Part shown: positions 47,976-60,218 of the stretch, in pieces
Position numbering within the stretch: position 1 is the first letter of the stretch
Layout: each line of letters opens with the position of its first letter
Source of the DNA: Mobula hypostoma
Taxonomy: Eukaryota
Assembly: GCF_963921235.1 (NCBI RefSeq)
Contig: NC_086109.1
Span: forward strand, 2,296,001 to 2,360,000
Direction of reading: 5' to 3'
Length of the DNA stretch: 64,000 nucleotides
Notes under the pieces: model-generated
The model's database searches: none
What the model was told of the DNA's origin: nothing
The model's input: only the letters and a program-made list of their open reading frames with translations
Made by a program: the position numbers and the translations under genes

Positions 47976-48816
47976 CTGACAGCAGAAGGTCTCGTGGGTA
48001 CTGTAGAAAATTCTGAAGAACACTGATGAAAAACCCTAGTGACTGAAGCTGGGTGTGGTGTGGTGATAATTACGTCCTTACGCAGTAATGCCCTGACGTT
48101 TATTTAATTTAGTATAGTGTGCAGTCTTTGTTTACCAATTGGTCACAATTATATTGGTGAGTGTGTCGCAATGTGATCTTTGACTAGTTACTGTCACTCC
48201 TTTATCAAGAGGCTTGTTTTGTCTGTGGGCTCAGATATGAAAAGAACAGTAGTGAAGGTCACTGTTGGCTTGTAAAAGGGTTACTGGGTTTCAGATGCAC
48301 AGGCCTAGAGGAGGCTTTGGTGAGTTGTTGCAGTTTGTGCACAGCAGTGGATGAACCTGTGGTGCAAGGTGCTGAAAGAGCTAACTTTCCATTCAGTGGG
48401 TGGGATTCCATTTGTGTGGTCTGCTTTTTACTGAACGCAGCTTTTCAAGTGCTGTTGAACCTGCACTCATCCAAGCAGGGAGGTTATAGGTCATGCTCCG
48501 AACCTGTGCCTTAAGGATAAGACCATGACACCATAGGATAGAGAAGAACTAGGCCATTTGTCCCACCTTGCCAAAGGGTCTGTGATGTGCTGTAGATTTT
48601 CTATGTTTCTATGTGGCTGTCTGCCATTTCATCAAGGCTGTTCCAGTTTTCTTATCAGCCCTAACTTCTTGCCTTCTCCCCATATCACTTCATCCCATTA
48701 CCAATCAAGAATCTATCAACCATAAAACCATAAGATATAGAACCATAGAACCATAGAAACTACAGCACAGAAACAGGCCCTTTGGCCCTTCTTGGCTGTG
48801 CCGAACCATTTTCTGC

Positions 48817-51736
48817 CTAGTCCCACTGACCTGCACACGGACCATATCCCTCCATACACCTCCCATCCATGTATCTGTCCAATTTATTCTTAAATGTTAA
48901 AAAAGAACCCGCATTTACCACCTCGTCTGGCAGCTCATTCCATAGTCCCACCACTCTCTGTGTGAAGAAGCCCCCGCTAATGTTCCCTTTAAACTTTTCC
49001 CCCCTCACCCTTAACCATGGTTTTTTTCTCCCCTTGCCTCAGTGGAAAAAGCCTGCTTGCATTCACTCTATCTATACCCATCATCATTTTATATACCTCT
49101 ATCAAATCTCCCCTCATTCTTCTACGCTCCAGGGAATAAAGTCCTAACCTATTCAACCTTTCTCTGTAACCGGGTTTCTCAAGTCCCGGCAACATCCTTG
49201 TAAACCTTCTCTGCACTCTTTCAACCTTACTTATATCCTTCCTGTAATTTGGTGACCAAAACTGAACACAATACTCCAGATATGGCCTCACCAATGCCTT
49301 ATACAGCCTCATCATAACATTCCAGCTCTTATACTCAATACTTCGATTAATAAAGGCCAATGTACCAAAAGGTCTCTTTACGACCCTATCTACCTGTGAC
49401 GACACTTTTAGGGAATTTTGTATCTGTATTCCCAGATCCCTCTGTTCCACTGCACTCCTCAGTGCCTTATCACTAACCCTGTATGTTCTACATTGGTTTG
49501 TCCTTCCAACGTTCAATACCTCACACTTGTCATTATTAAACTCCATCTGCCATTTTTCAGCCCATTTTTCCAGCTGGTCCAAGTCCGTCTGCAGGCTCTG
49601 AAAACCTTCCTCACTGTCTACTACACCTCCAATCTTTGTATCATCAGCAAACTTGCTGATCCAATTTACCACATTATCATCCAGATCATTGATATAGATG
49701 ACAAATAACAATGGACCCAGCACTGATCCCTGTGGCACACCACTAGTCACAGGCCTCCACTCAGAGAAGCAATTCTCTACCACCACTCTCTGGCTTCTTC
49801 CTTCGAGCCAATGTCCAATCCAATTTACCACCTCTCCATGTATACCTAGCGACTGAATTTTCCTAACTAACCTCCCATGCGGGACCTTGTCAAAGGCCTT
49901 ACTGAAGTCCATGTAGACAATATCCACTGCCTTCCCTTCATCCACTTTCCTGGTAACCTCCTCGAAAAACTCCAACAGATTGGTCAAACATGACCTACCA
50001 CGCACAAAGCCATGTTGACTCTCCCTAATAAGCCCCTGTCTATCCAAATGCTTGTAGATTCTGTCTCTTAGTACTCCCTCCAATAACTTACCTACTACTG
50101 ACGTTAAACTCACCAGCCTATAATTTCCCGGATTACTTTTCGATCCTTTTTTAAACAACGGAACAACATGAGCCACTCTTCAATCCTCCAGCACTTCACC
50201 CGTAGACAGCGACATTTTAAATATTTCTGCCAGGGCCCCCGCAATTTCAACACTAGTCTCCTTCAAGGTCCGAGGGAACACTCTGTCAGGTCCCAGGGAT
50301 TTATCCACTTTAATTTTCCTCAAAACATCAAGCACCTCCTCCTTTTCAATCCGTACAGTTTCCATGGTCTCACTACTTGATTCCCTCAATTCCATAGATT
50401 TCATGCCAGCTTCCTTAGTAAATACAGACGCAAAAAACCTGTTTAAGATCTCCCCCATTTCCTTTGGTTCCGCACAAAGCCGACCACTCTGATTTTCAAG
50501 AGGACCAATTTTATCCCTTACAATCCTTTTGCTCTTAATATACTTGTAATAGCTCTTTGGATTATCCTTCACTTTGACTGCCAAGGCAACCTCATGTCTT
50601 CTTTTAGCCCTCCTGATTTCTTTCTTAAGTATTTTCTTGCACTTCTTATACTCCTCAAGCACCTGATTTACCCCCTGTTTCCTATACATTTCATACAACT
50701 CCCTCTTCTTCTTTATCAGAGTTGCAATATCCCTTGAGAACCAAGGTCCCTTATTCCTATTCAATTTGCCTTTAATCCTGACAGGAACATACAAACTCTG
50801 CACTCTCAAAATTTCCCCTTTGAAGGCTTCCCACCTACCAATCACATCTTTGCCAGAGAACAACCTGTCCCAATCCACACTTTTTAGATCCTTTCTCATT
50901 TCTTCAAATTTGGCCTTCTTCCAGTTCAGAACCTCAACCCTAGGACCAGATCTATCCTTGTCCATGATCAAATTGAAATTAATGGTGTTATGATCACTGG
51001 AACCAAAGTGCTCCCCTGCACAGACTTCTGTCACTTGCCCTAATTCGTTTCCTAACAGGAGATCTAATATTGCATCCCCTCTAGTTGGTCCCTCTATATA
51101 TTGATTTAGGAAATTTTCCTGAACACATTTTACAAACTCTAAACCATCTAGACCCCTAACAGTATGGGAGTCCCAATCAGTGTATGGAAAATCAAAATCC
51201 CCTACCACCACAACTTTATGTTTCCTGCAGTTGCCTGCTATCTCTCTGCAGATTTGCTCTTCCAAGTCTCGTTGACTATTGGGTGGTCTGTAATACAATC
51301 CCACTAATGTGGCCATACCTTTCCTGTTTCGCAGCTCCACCCACAAGGACTCAGTAGACAAGCCCTCTAATCTGTCCTGCCTGAGCACTGCTGTAATATT
51401 TTCCCTAACAAGCAATGCTACTCCCCCACCTTTCATTCCTCTGCCTCGATCACATCTGAAACATCGGAACCCTGGAATATTAAGCTGCCAGTCCTGCCCC
51501 TCCTGTAGCCAAGTTTCACTAATTGCTATAACATCATAATTCCATGTGTCAATCCACGCCCTCAACTCATCCACCTTCCCCACAATACTCCTAGCATTGA
51601 AATATATACACCTCAGAAGATTTTTACCACCACTCACAACCTTCCTATCAGGGGATTTGCTTAAACTTTCAACATCAGTTATTTTCACCCCAGCCACACT
51701 GTCAGCTCTGGCACTCTGGTTCCCATCCCCCTGCAA
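48817..51736 (-). pseudogene. CR1 ORF2, APE endonuclease plus reverse transcriptase
   Basis: FNARSI, SETW, YRPP, GDF, SDH; QHGF, DFSKAFD, GVPQGSVLGP, FADD. One TGG>TGA stop at 50182-50180 and a frameshift near 49020. Confidence 0.93.
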
Positions 51737-51738
51737 AT

Positions 51739-52700
51739 CTAGTTTAAAGCCTCCCCAATAGCACTAACAAACCTCCCTGAAAGGATATTGGCCCCCCTGT
51801 GGTTCAAGTGTAACCCGTCTCTCTTGTACAGGTCCCACCTGCCCCAGAAGAGGTCCCAATTATCCTGAAATCTGAAACCCTGCCCCCTACACCAGTTCCT
51901 CAGCCACTTGTTCCTCCTCCAGAGCATCGTATTCCTACCATCACTGGCACGTAGCACAGGTAGCAATCCTGAGATTACCACCCTTGAGGTCCTGCTTTTC
52001 AACTTCCTACCAAGCTCTCTATACTCACTGTCCAGGACCTCTTCACTCTTCCTTGCTATGTCATTGGTACCGATGTGCACCACGACATCTGGCTGGTCAC
52101 CCTCCCACTTCAGAATGTCATGCAATCGATCAGAGACATCCTTGACCCAGGCACCCAGGAGGCAACAAACCATCCTGGATTCTCTGTCACGACCACAGAA
52201 CCTCCTATCTGTACCTCTAACTATCGAGTCCCCTATCACTACCGCTCTCCTCTTTTCCCCCCTCCCTTCTGCACTGCAGAGCCAGACTCAGTGCCAGAGA
52301 TCCGGCTACTGCAGCTAGTCCCAGGTAAGTCATGCCTCCCAACAGTATCCAATGCGGTATACTTGTTGTTGAGGGGAATGGCCACAGGGGAACCCTGCTC
52401 TGCCTGCCCTATCCTCTTCCCTCGCCTGACAGTGACCCAATTTCCTGTCCTCTGCTCCTTTGGTGTAACTACCTCCCTGTGGCTACGATCTATAATCTCC
52501 TCATTCTCCCGAATGATCCGCAGGTCATCCAGCTCCTGCTCCAGTTCCCTAACGCGGTTTGTCAGGAGCTGCATCTGGATGCACTTCCTGCAGGAGTCGT
52601 TGTCAGGGACACCGGAGGGCTCCCTGACTTCCCACATCCTGCAAGAGGAGCATTCCAACATCCTGCCTGGCATTCTCACTGCACTAAACAATCTGAACAA
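51739..52700 (-). pseudogene. CR1 ORF1, Cys-rich and coiled-coil regions plus SGNH/GDSL esterase
   Basis: CSSCRMWE..CRKC, RVRELEQELDDL, IGDSIVRG, HIGTND, DGLH. One frameshift at about 52245-52260. Confidence 0.9.
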
Positions 52701-52894
52701 AAAACGTGCCCGAACCTACCCTGGCCTCTGCCTGTTCTCGCCGAAGCCTGTCTGAGCCAAAGCCGTCCCACTCTGACTCAGTCCACTCCGACGATGGCCG
52801 CTGTATATGGTGGTCTGCTTTTTAAACCTTGGCGCGCTACGTCACGCGCCTGCGCAGTGCAGACCCTACTCCCCGAGCAGTGTTTAAAAAAAAA

Positions 52895-55800
52895 AGGAAC
52901 AGAAGTAGGGCATTCAGCAGATCAAGTCTGCTCCACCATTCAATCATGGCTGATCCAATTCTTCCAGTCATTCCAACTCCCCTGCCTTTTCCCCATACCC
53001 TTTGATGCCCTGGCTAATCAATGACCTTTCTATCTCTGCCTTAAATGCACCCAATGACTTGGCCTCCACAGCCACTCGTCACAGATTTACCACCATCTGA
53101 CTAAAGTACTTTCTCTGCATCACTGTTCTAAATGGACGTCCTTCAGTCCTGAAGTTGTGCCCTTTTGTCCCAGACTCCCCTACCATGGGAAATAACTTTG
53201 CCATATCTAATCTGTTCAGGCCTTTTAACATTCGGAATGTTTCTATGAGATCCCCCGTCATTCTCCTGAACTCCAGTGAATACAGCCCAAAAGCTGCCAG
53301 ATGTTCCTCATATGATGTTCACCATAGAAACTACAGCACACAAACAGGCCTTTTGGCCCTTCTTGGCTGTGCCGAACCATTTTCTGCCTAGTCCCACTGA
53401 CCTGCACACGGACCATATCCCTCCATACACCTCCCATCCATGTATCTGTCCAATTTATTCTTAAATGCTAAAAAAGAACCCGCATTTACCACCTCGTCTG
53501 GCAGCTCATTCCATACTCCCACCACTCTCTGTGTGAAGAAGCCCCGGCTAATGTTCCCTTTAAACTTTTCCCCCCTCACCCTTAACCCATGTCCTCTGGT
53601 ATTTTTTCTCCCCTTGCCTCAGTGGAAAAAGCCTGCTTGCATTCACTCTGTCTATACCCATCATAATTTTATATACCTCTATCAAATCTTATATCCTTCC
53701 TGTAATCTGGTGACCAAAACTGAACACAATACTCCAGATTCGGCCTCACCAATGCCTTATACAACCTCATCATAACATTCCAGCTCTTATACTCAATACT
53801 TTGATTATAAAGGCCAATGTACCAAAAGCTCTCTTTACGACCCTATCTACCTGTGATGCCACTTTTAGGGAATTTTGTATCTGTATTCCCAGATCCCTCT
53901 GTTCCACTGCACTCCTCAGTGCCTTACCATTAACCCTGTATGTTCTACGTTGGTTTGTCCTTCCAACGTGCAATACCTCACACTTGTCTGCATTAAACTC
54001 CATCTGCCATTTTTCAGCCCATTTTTCCAGCTGGTCCAAGTCCTTCTGCAGGCTCTGAAAACCTTCCTCACTGTCTACTACACCTCCAATCTTTGTATCA
54101 TCAGCAAACTTGCTGATCCAATTTACCACATTATCATCCAGATCATTGATATAGATGACAAATAACAATGGACCCAGCACTGATCCCTGTGGCACACCAC
54201 TAGTCACAGGCCTTCACTTGGAGAAGCAATTCTCTACTACCACTCTTTGGCTTCTTCCATTGAGCCAATGTCAGATCCAATTTACCACCTCTCTATGTGT
54301 ACCTAGCGACTGAATTTTCTTAACTAACCTCCCATGCGGGATCTTGTCAAAGGCCTTACTGAAGTCCATGTAGACAATATCCACTGCCTTCCCTTCATCC
54401 ACTTTCCTGGTAACCTCTTCAAAAAACTCCGACAGATTGGTCAAACATGACCTACCACGCACAAAACCATGTTGATTCTCCCTAATAAGCCCCTGTCTAT
54501 CCAAATGCTTGTAGATTCTGTCTCTTAGTACTCCCTCCAATAACTTACCTACTACCGACGTTAAACTTATCGGCCTATAATTTCCCGGATTACTTTTCGA
54601 TCCTTTTTTAAACAACGGAACAACATGAGCCACTCTCCAATCCTCCGGCACCTCACCCGTAGACAGCGATATTTTAAATATTTCTGCCAGGGCCCCTGCA
54701 ATTTCAACACTAGTCCCCTTCAAGGTCCGAGGGAACACTCTGTCAGGTCCCGGGGATTTATCCACTTTAATTTTCCTCAAGACAGCAAAGACCTCCTCCT
54801 TTTCGATCTGTACAGTTTCCATGATCTCACTACTTGTTTCCCCTAAATTCATAGACTTCAGACCAGTTTCCTTAGTAAATACAGATGCAAAAAACCTATT
54901 TAAGATCTCCCCCGTTTCCTTTGGTTCCGCACATAGCCGACCACTCTGATCTTCAAGAGGACCAATTTTATCCCTTATAATCCTTTTGCTCCTAATATAC
55001 CTGTAAAAGCTCTTTGGATTATCCTTCACTTTGACTGCCAAGGCAACCTCATGTCTTCTTTTAGCCCTCCTGATTTCTTTCTTAAGTATTTTCTTGCACT
55101 TCTTATACTCCTCAAGCACCTTATTTACTCCCTGCTTCCTATACACATCATACAACTCCTTCTTCTTCTTTATCAGAGTTGCAATATCCCTTGAGAATCA
55201 AGGTTCCTTATTCCTATTCAATTTGCCTTTAATCTTGACAGGAACATACAAACTCTGCACTCTCAAAATTTCTCCTTTGAAGGCTTCCCACCTACCGATC
55301 ACATCCTTGCCGGAGAACAACCTATCCCAATTCACGCTTTTTAGATCCTTTATCATATCTTCAAATTTGGCCTTCTTCCAGTTAAGAACCTCAACCCTAG
55401 GACCAGATCTATCCTTGTCCATGGTCAAGTTGAAACTAATGGTGTTATGATCACTGGAACCAAAGTGCTCCCCTACACAGACTTCCGTCACTTGTCCTAA
55501 CTCGTTTCCTAACAGGAGATCCAATATTGCATCCCCTCTAGTTGGTCCCTCTATATATTGATTTAGAAAACTTTCCTGAACACATTTTACAAACTCTAAA
55601 CCATCTAGATCCCTAACAGTATGGGAGTCCCAATCAATATATGGAAAATTAAAATCCCCTACCACCACAACTTTATGTTTCCTGCAGCTGTCTGCTATCT
55701 CTCTGCAGATTTGCTCTTCCAAGTCTCGTTGACTATTGGGTGGTCTGTAATACAATCCCACTAATGTGGCCATACCTTTCCTGTTTCTCAGCTCCACCCA

Positions 55801-57680
55801 TAAGGACTCAGTAGACAAGCCCTCTAATCTGTCCTGCCTGAGCACTGCTGTAATATTTTCCCTAACAAGCAATGCTACTCCCCCACCTTTCATTCCTCTG
55901 CCACGATCACATCTGAAACATCGGAACCCTGGAATATTAAGCTGCCAGTCCTGCCCCTGCTGTAGCCAAGTTTCACTAATTGCTATAACATCATAATTCC
56001 ATGTGTCAATCCACGCCCTCAACTCATCCGCCTTCCCCACAATACTCCTAGCATTGAAATATATACACCTCAGAAGATTCCTGGAATCATTCTCCTGAAT
56101 CTTCTCTGAACCCTGTCCAATGTCAGTATTTCCTTTCTAAAGTAAGGAGCCCAAAACTGCACACAACACTCCAAGTGTGGTCTCACAAGAGCCTGAGAGA
56201 GCCTCAACATCACATCCCTGCACTTATATTCCATACCTCTAGAAATGAATGCCAACATTGCATTTGCCTTCTGTATATATTAAATATACATAAAGATTTG
56301 GCCTCTACAGCTGTCTGTGGCAAAGACTTCCACCTCATCTCCATTCTAAAAGGATGCCCCTGTATTCTGAGGCCATGTCCTCTGGTCGTAGAACTCTCCC
56401 ACCAGAGAAAACATCCATTCAACATCTATCATGGCCTTTACGTTTGATAGGTTTCAAAGAGGTTACCCCTCATTTTTCTGAATTCCAGTGAGTACAGGCC
56501 CAGAACCATTAAGCAGTCTTCATATGACAAGCCATTCAATCCTGGAATCATATTTGTGAATTTCCTTTGAACCTTCTCCAGTTTCAGTACATCCTTTCTA
56601 AAATGAAGGGCCCAAAACTGCTCACAATACTCCAAGTGAGGTCCCAGCAGTGCTTAATAAAATCCTAACAATACATCCTTGCTTTTATATTCTAGTCCTC
56701 TTGAAATGAATGTTAACATTGCTTTTGCCTTCTTCACTACAGGCTCAACCTGCAAATTAACCTTCAGAGAATCTTTTCACAAGGATTCCCAAATCTCTTT
56801 GCATCTCAGTGTTTTTGTATTTTATCGCCATTTAGAAAACAGTCAACCCTTTAATTTCTTCTACCATGACCATGCACTTCCTGACACTGTATTCCATCTG
56901 CCACTTCTTTGCCCATTCTCCTTATGTGTCTCGGTCCTTCTGTAGACTTTCTTCTTCCTCAAAACTACCTGCCCCTCCACCTACCTTCATATCATTGGCA
57001 AGCTTTGCAACAAAGCCATCAATTCTATCATCCAAATCATTCAGACATACATAAAAAGAATCGGTCCCAACTTTGGAACACCACTAGTCACTGGCAGCCA
57101 GCCAGAAGAAGCTCCCTTTATTCTCACTCTTTGCCTCCTGCCAAACAGCTAAAATCTTTCCTGCAATACCATGGACTCGTAGCTCGTTAAGCAGCCTCAT
57201 GTGTGGCACCTTTGAAAGGGCTTCTCACAATCCAAGAACACAGCATCAATCGATTCTCCTTTGTCTGTCCTGCTTGTTATATCTTCAAAGAATTCCAATA
57301 AATTTGTCAGGTAAGATATTCCTTTGACTATGGATTATTTTATCCTGTGCTCCAAGTACCCTGAGATCTCATCCTAAATAATCGACTTCAACATCTTTCC
57401 AACCACTGAGGTCAAACTAATTGGCCAAAAATTGCCTTTTTTTCTGCCTCTCCCTGCAGAGTGACTTTTGCAATTTTCTTGTCTTCCATAATCATTCCTG
57501 AGTCTAGTGTTTCCTGAAGATCACTACTAATGCCTCCACCGATCTCTTCAGCCATCTATTTCACAACTCTGGGCTGTATGCCATCTGACCCATGTACCTT
57601 CAGTTCTTTCAGTTTCACCGTGTGAGGTAACTTCACACACTTCATGCCCCCTGATACCTGGAACTTCCACCATACCTGTA
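52895..57680 (-). mobile_element. Older CR1 fragments hosting a second young CR1
   Basis: The 3' end at 52895-53320 resumes at about 56078 (attcctggaatcattctc); further old CR1 sequence continues to about 57680. Confidence 0.75.
53322..56078 (-). mobile_element. Second young CR1 of the same subfamily, 5'-truncated at the endonuclease start
   Basis: ORFs 55198..56040, 54271..55155, 53770..54207 and 53388..53579 are nearly identical to the 48.7-51.6 kb copy; internal deletion of about 120 bp at 53689. Confidence 0.95.
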
Positions 57681-57908
57681 TGAGTTTCTATGAGCATGGG
57701 CTCATTGCGTGGGAAGACCTGTTACCATGCAGTGTCTTGAAATAAACAAAAATAAAAATTTCCAGCAGCTGCAGAATTGCTTGTGTCTCAGACTCAACAA
57801 CAGATTTCCCCCAGTCAGGTGTTGTTCCTCCCTTATTAAATGCTCTTGACTTTGAACTCACTGTAAATACTTGCAATAACCTGACTATCTCCTCCTTGCA
57901 TTGGGCAG

Positions 57909-58093
57909 GGGCTCTGATGGTCACAGCCCTGCAGAAGCTGATTGCTACTGGTCTGCTGAAGGGAACAAAGTGGCAACCTGAGCCGTACATGGAGGCTCTC
58001 CTTGAGACAGGATTTGTCAACGTGCGAATGGAGGACCAGCGGATCGATGGAGAAACATTTCAGGCTACCTTTGCTTCAGCCAAGGACGTGTGA
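57909..58093 (+). CDS. SAM-dependent methyltransferase, coding exon 2 (last)
   Basis: Branch-like ctgac at 57881, pyrimidine tract, AG at 57907-57908. Phase 1 join gives MKP-G-ALMVTAL..WQPEPYMEALLETGFVNVRMED..FQATFASAKDV*, completing the fold; total 207 aa. Confidence 0.88.
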
Positions 58094-58619
58094 GTCTGCT
58101 GACCCTCGGGTCTTTCAACCACAGTAACCTGATTCTCTTGTCTGATCATTTACCCACTTGATGTGTTTTAATATGTTAACATTTCTTAACGTATTTTAAG
58201 ATATAGTAATATTATTAAAATTTTAATATGTTCAGAGGAATTTTATTACAGATTGAGTTGGTTCATTTGAGAAGAACTATTACCATTCTTTACCCCCAAA
58301 CAGCTGGCAGTAAACCTGTTGTGTCCCCGTACAATTTCTCCCTCTCCTGAGCTATTGATCAGATTGCGTGGCCATGATACGCCAGGTCGTCCTGAGCAAC
58401 ATCATCACATAAGCTTCTTTTCAGGAGACAGTTTAGAGGTCCTAAATTTACATCCAGTGGCTGCTTTAAGTGCCTTCTGTACCTCCTACACTACTGTTGT
58501 AAGACCTGCACAGTGCTTATCACAACATTTTACAGTGCAGGTGACCCAGGTTCATTTCTTGCTGCTACCTGAAAGGTGTTAGCACATTCTTTCCATGACC
58601 AAGTGGTTTCCTCTGGGTG

Positions 58620-59145
58620 ACACGCATGCTGGTGAATGCAGCAGGCCAGGCAGCATCTGTAGGAAGAGGTACAGTCGCCGTTTTGGGCCGAGACCCTTCG
58701 TCAGGACTAACTGAAGGAAGAGCTAGTAAGAGATTTGAAAGTGGGAGGGCGAAGGGGAGATCTGAAATGATAGGAGAAGACAGGAGGGGGAGGGAAGGAG
58801 CCAAGAGCTGGACAGGTGATTGGCAAAAGGGATATGAGAGGATCATGGGACAGGAGGCCTAGGGAGAAGGAACAGGCGGGGGGGAACCCAGAGGATGGGC
58901 AAGGGGTATAGTCAGAGGGACAGAGGGAGAAAAAGGAGAGTGAGAGAAAGAATGTGTGTATATAAATAAATAATGGATGGGGTCCGAGGGGGAGGTGGGG
59001 CATTAGCGGAAGTTAGAGATGTCAATGTTCATGCCATCAGGTTGGAGGCTACCCAGACGGAATATAAGGTGTTGTTCCTCCAACCTGAGTGTGGCTTCAT
59101 CTTTACAGTAGAGGAGGCCGTGGACAGACGTATCAGAATGGGAAT
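58620..59145 (-). mobile_element. PLE 3' end inserted into a V-SINE; hammerhead core mutated
   Basis: Matches 11422-11950. SINE text gtggtttcctctgggtg resumes as ggtgctctggtatcctctcacag. Confidence 0.88.
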
Positions 59146-59365
59146 GGTGCTCTGGTATCCTCTCACAGTTGAAAGATGTACCGGATGGTAGGTTAGTTGG
59201 TCAATCCCATGACTAGGCTCGGATTAAATTGGAGGATGTCAGTGCATCATGGCTGGAAGGGCCTGTTCCAAGATGTATCTCAGTAAATAAATAAAATAAG
59301 TAAAAAGTAGGTTAATAAAGAATCTAGTGCTTTTCCGCCGTATATGTCAAATAAACTCTTCCTAG

Positions 59366-59472
59366 TCTTCCAGCCTGGTACAGGTATCGATGGTAACCAC
59401 CAATAAGATGACAAACTGTGCCATCTTCATTGAAATATTGGTTATAATCGATACCTGTACCTGGCTGGAAGA
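59366..59472. repeat. 107-bp inverted repeat (hairpin)
   Basis: 34-nt arms 59366-59399 and 59439-59472 with 3 mismatches; extra aagatg/catctt pairing in the loop. Confidence 0.85.
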
Positions 59473-59799
59473 GGTTATTCGTTATGAAGTAGGTTGTTTT
59501 AAAGTTCAGCTTCCTGGGCTGGTTTGAGCCTTGCTCTCTAAGGGTTTCTGCAGCTTCCTTGAGTAACAACCAAATTACGGAGTTCCCAATTCATTGCTTT
59601 ACCCTGGTGCCTATGTATCTAATCTACTCACCAGGTTTAATAAAATTGATATTTCTATTACAGAAACAATTATGTACAGAATTTAGCAATTACAAATTTT
59701 CTTTCTGAAATTAACTGCATTCTTATCGATGTTAACCGTACAAAATCATTAAGGTAACATGATTCTTTGATGCGCCCTTAAACACAATCACTCACGTGG

Positions 59800-60218
59800 G
59801 CACCATTGCCAATAGGATGAGAAGTGAGGTATAGAGGAAGAATAGAGGTGTACAAGATAGAGGTGTATGAGAGGCATTGATCATGTGGCTAGTCAGAGAC
59901 TTTTTCCCAAGCCTGAAATGGTTAACATGAGGAGTTATAGTTTTAAGGTGCTTGGAAGTAGGTACAAGGGGGATGTCTGAGGTAAGGTTTTCACACAGGG
60001 AGTGGTGGGTGCGTGGAATGCACTGCCAGCAACGGTGATGGAGGGGGTACAATAGGGTCTTTTAAGGGACTCTTAGATAGTTACATGGAGCTTAGAAAAA
60101 TAGAGGGCTGTGCGGTAGGGAAATTCTAGGCAGTTTCTTGAGTAGGTTACATGGTTGGCACAACGTTGTGGGCCGAAGGTCCTGTAAAGTGCTGTAGATT
60201 TCTATGTTCTATGTTCTA
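59800..60218 (+). mobile_element. CR1 LINE 3' end
   Basis: FTQGVVGAWNALP tract and ttctatg tail. Confidence 0.88.

Larger units (their letters stand above)
48718..52885 (-). mobile_element. Near full-length young CR1 LINE in the methyltransferase intron
   Basis: 5'UTR, ORF1 (zinc-finger-like, coiled coil, SGNH esterase), ORF2 (APE + RT), 3'UTR and catagaac tail. Only three evident lesions. Confidence 0.96.

Noticed and set aside
52075..53024. 226-aa and 230-aa plus-strand ORFs
   Set aside because: Antisense shadows of CR1 ORF1 and its 5'UTR with no recognisable motifs.
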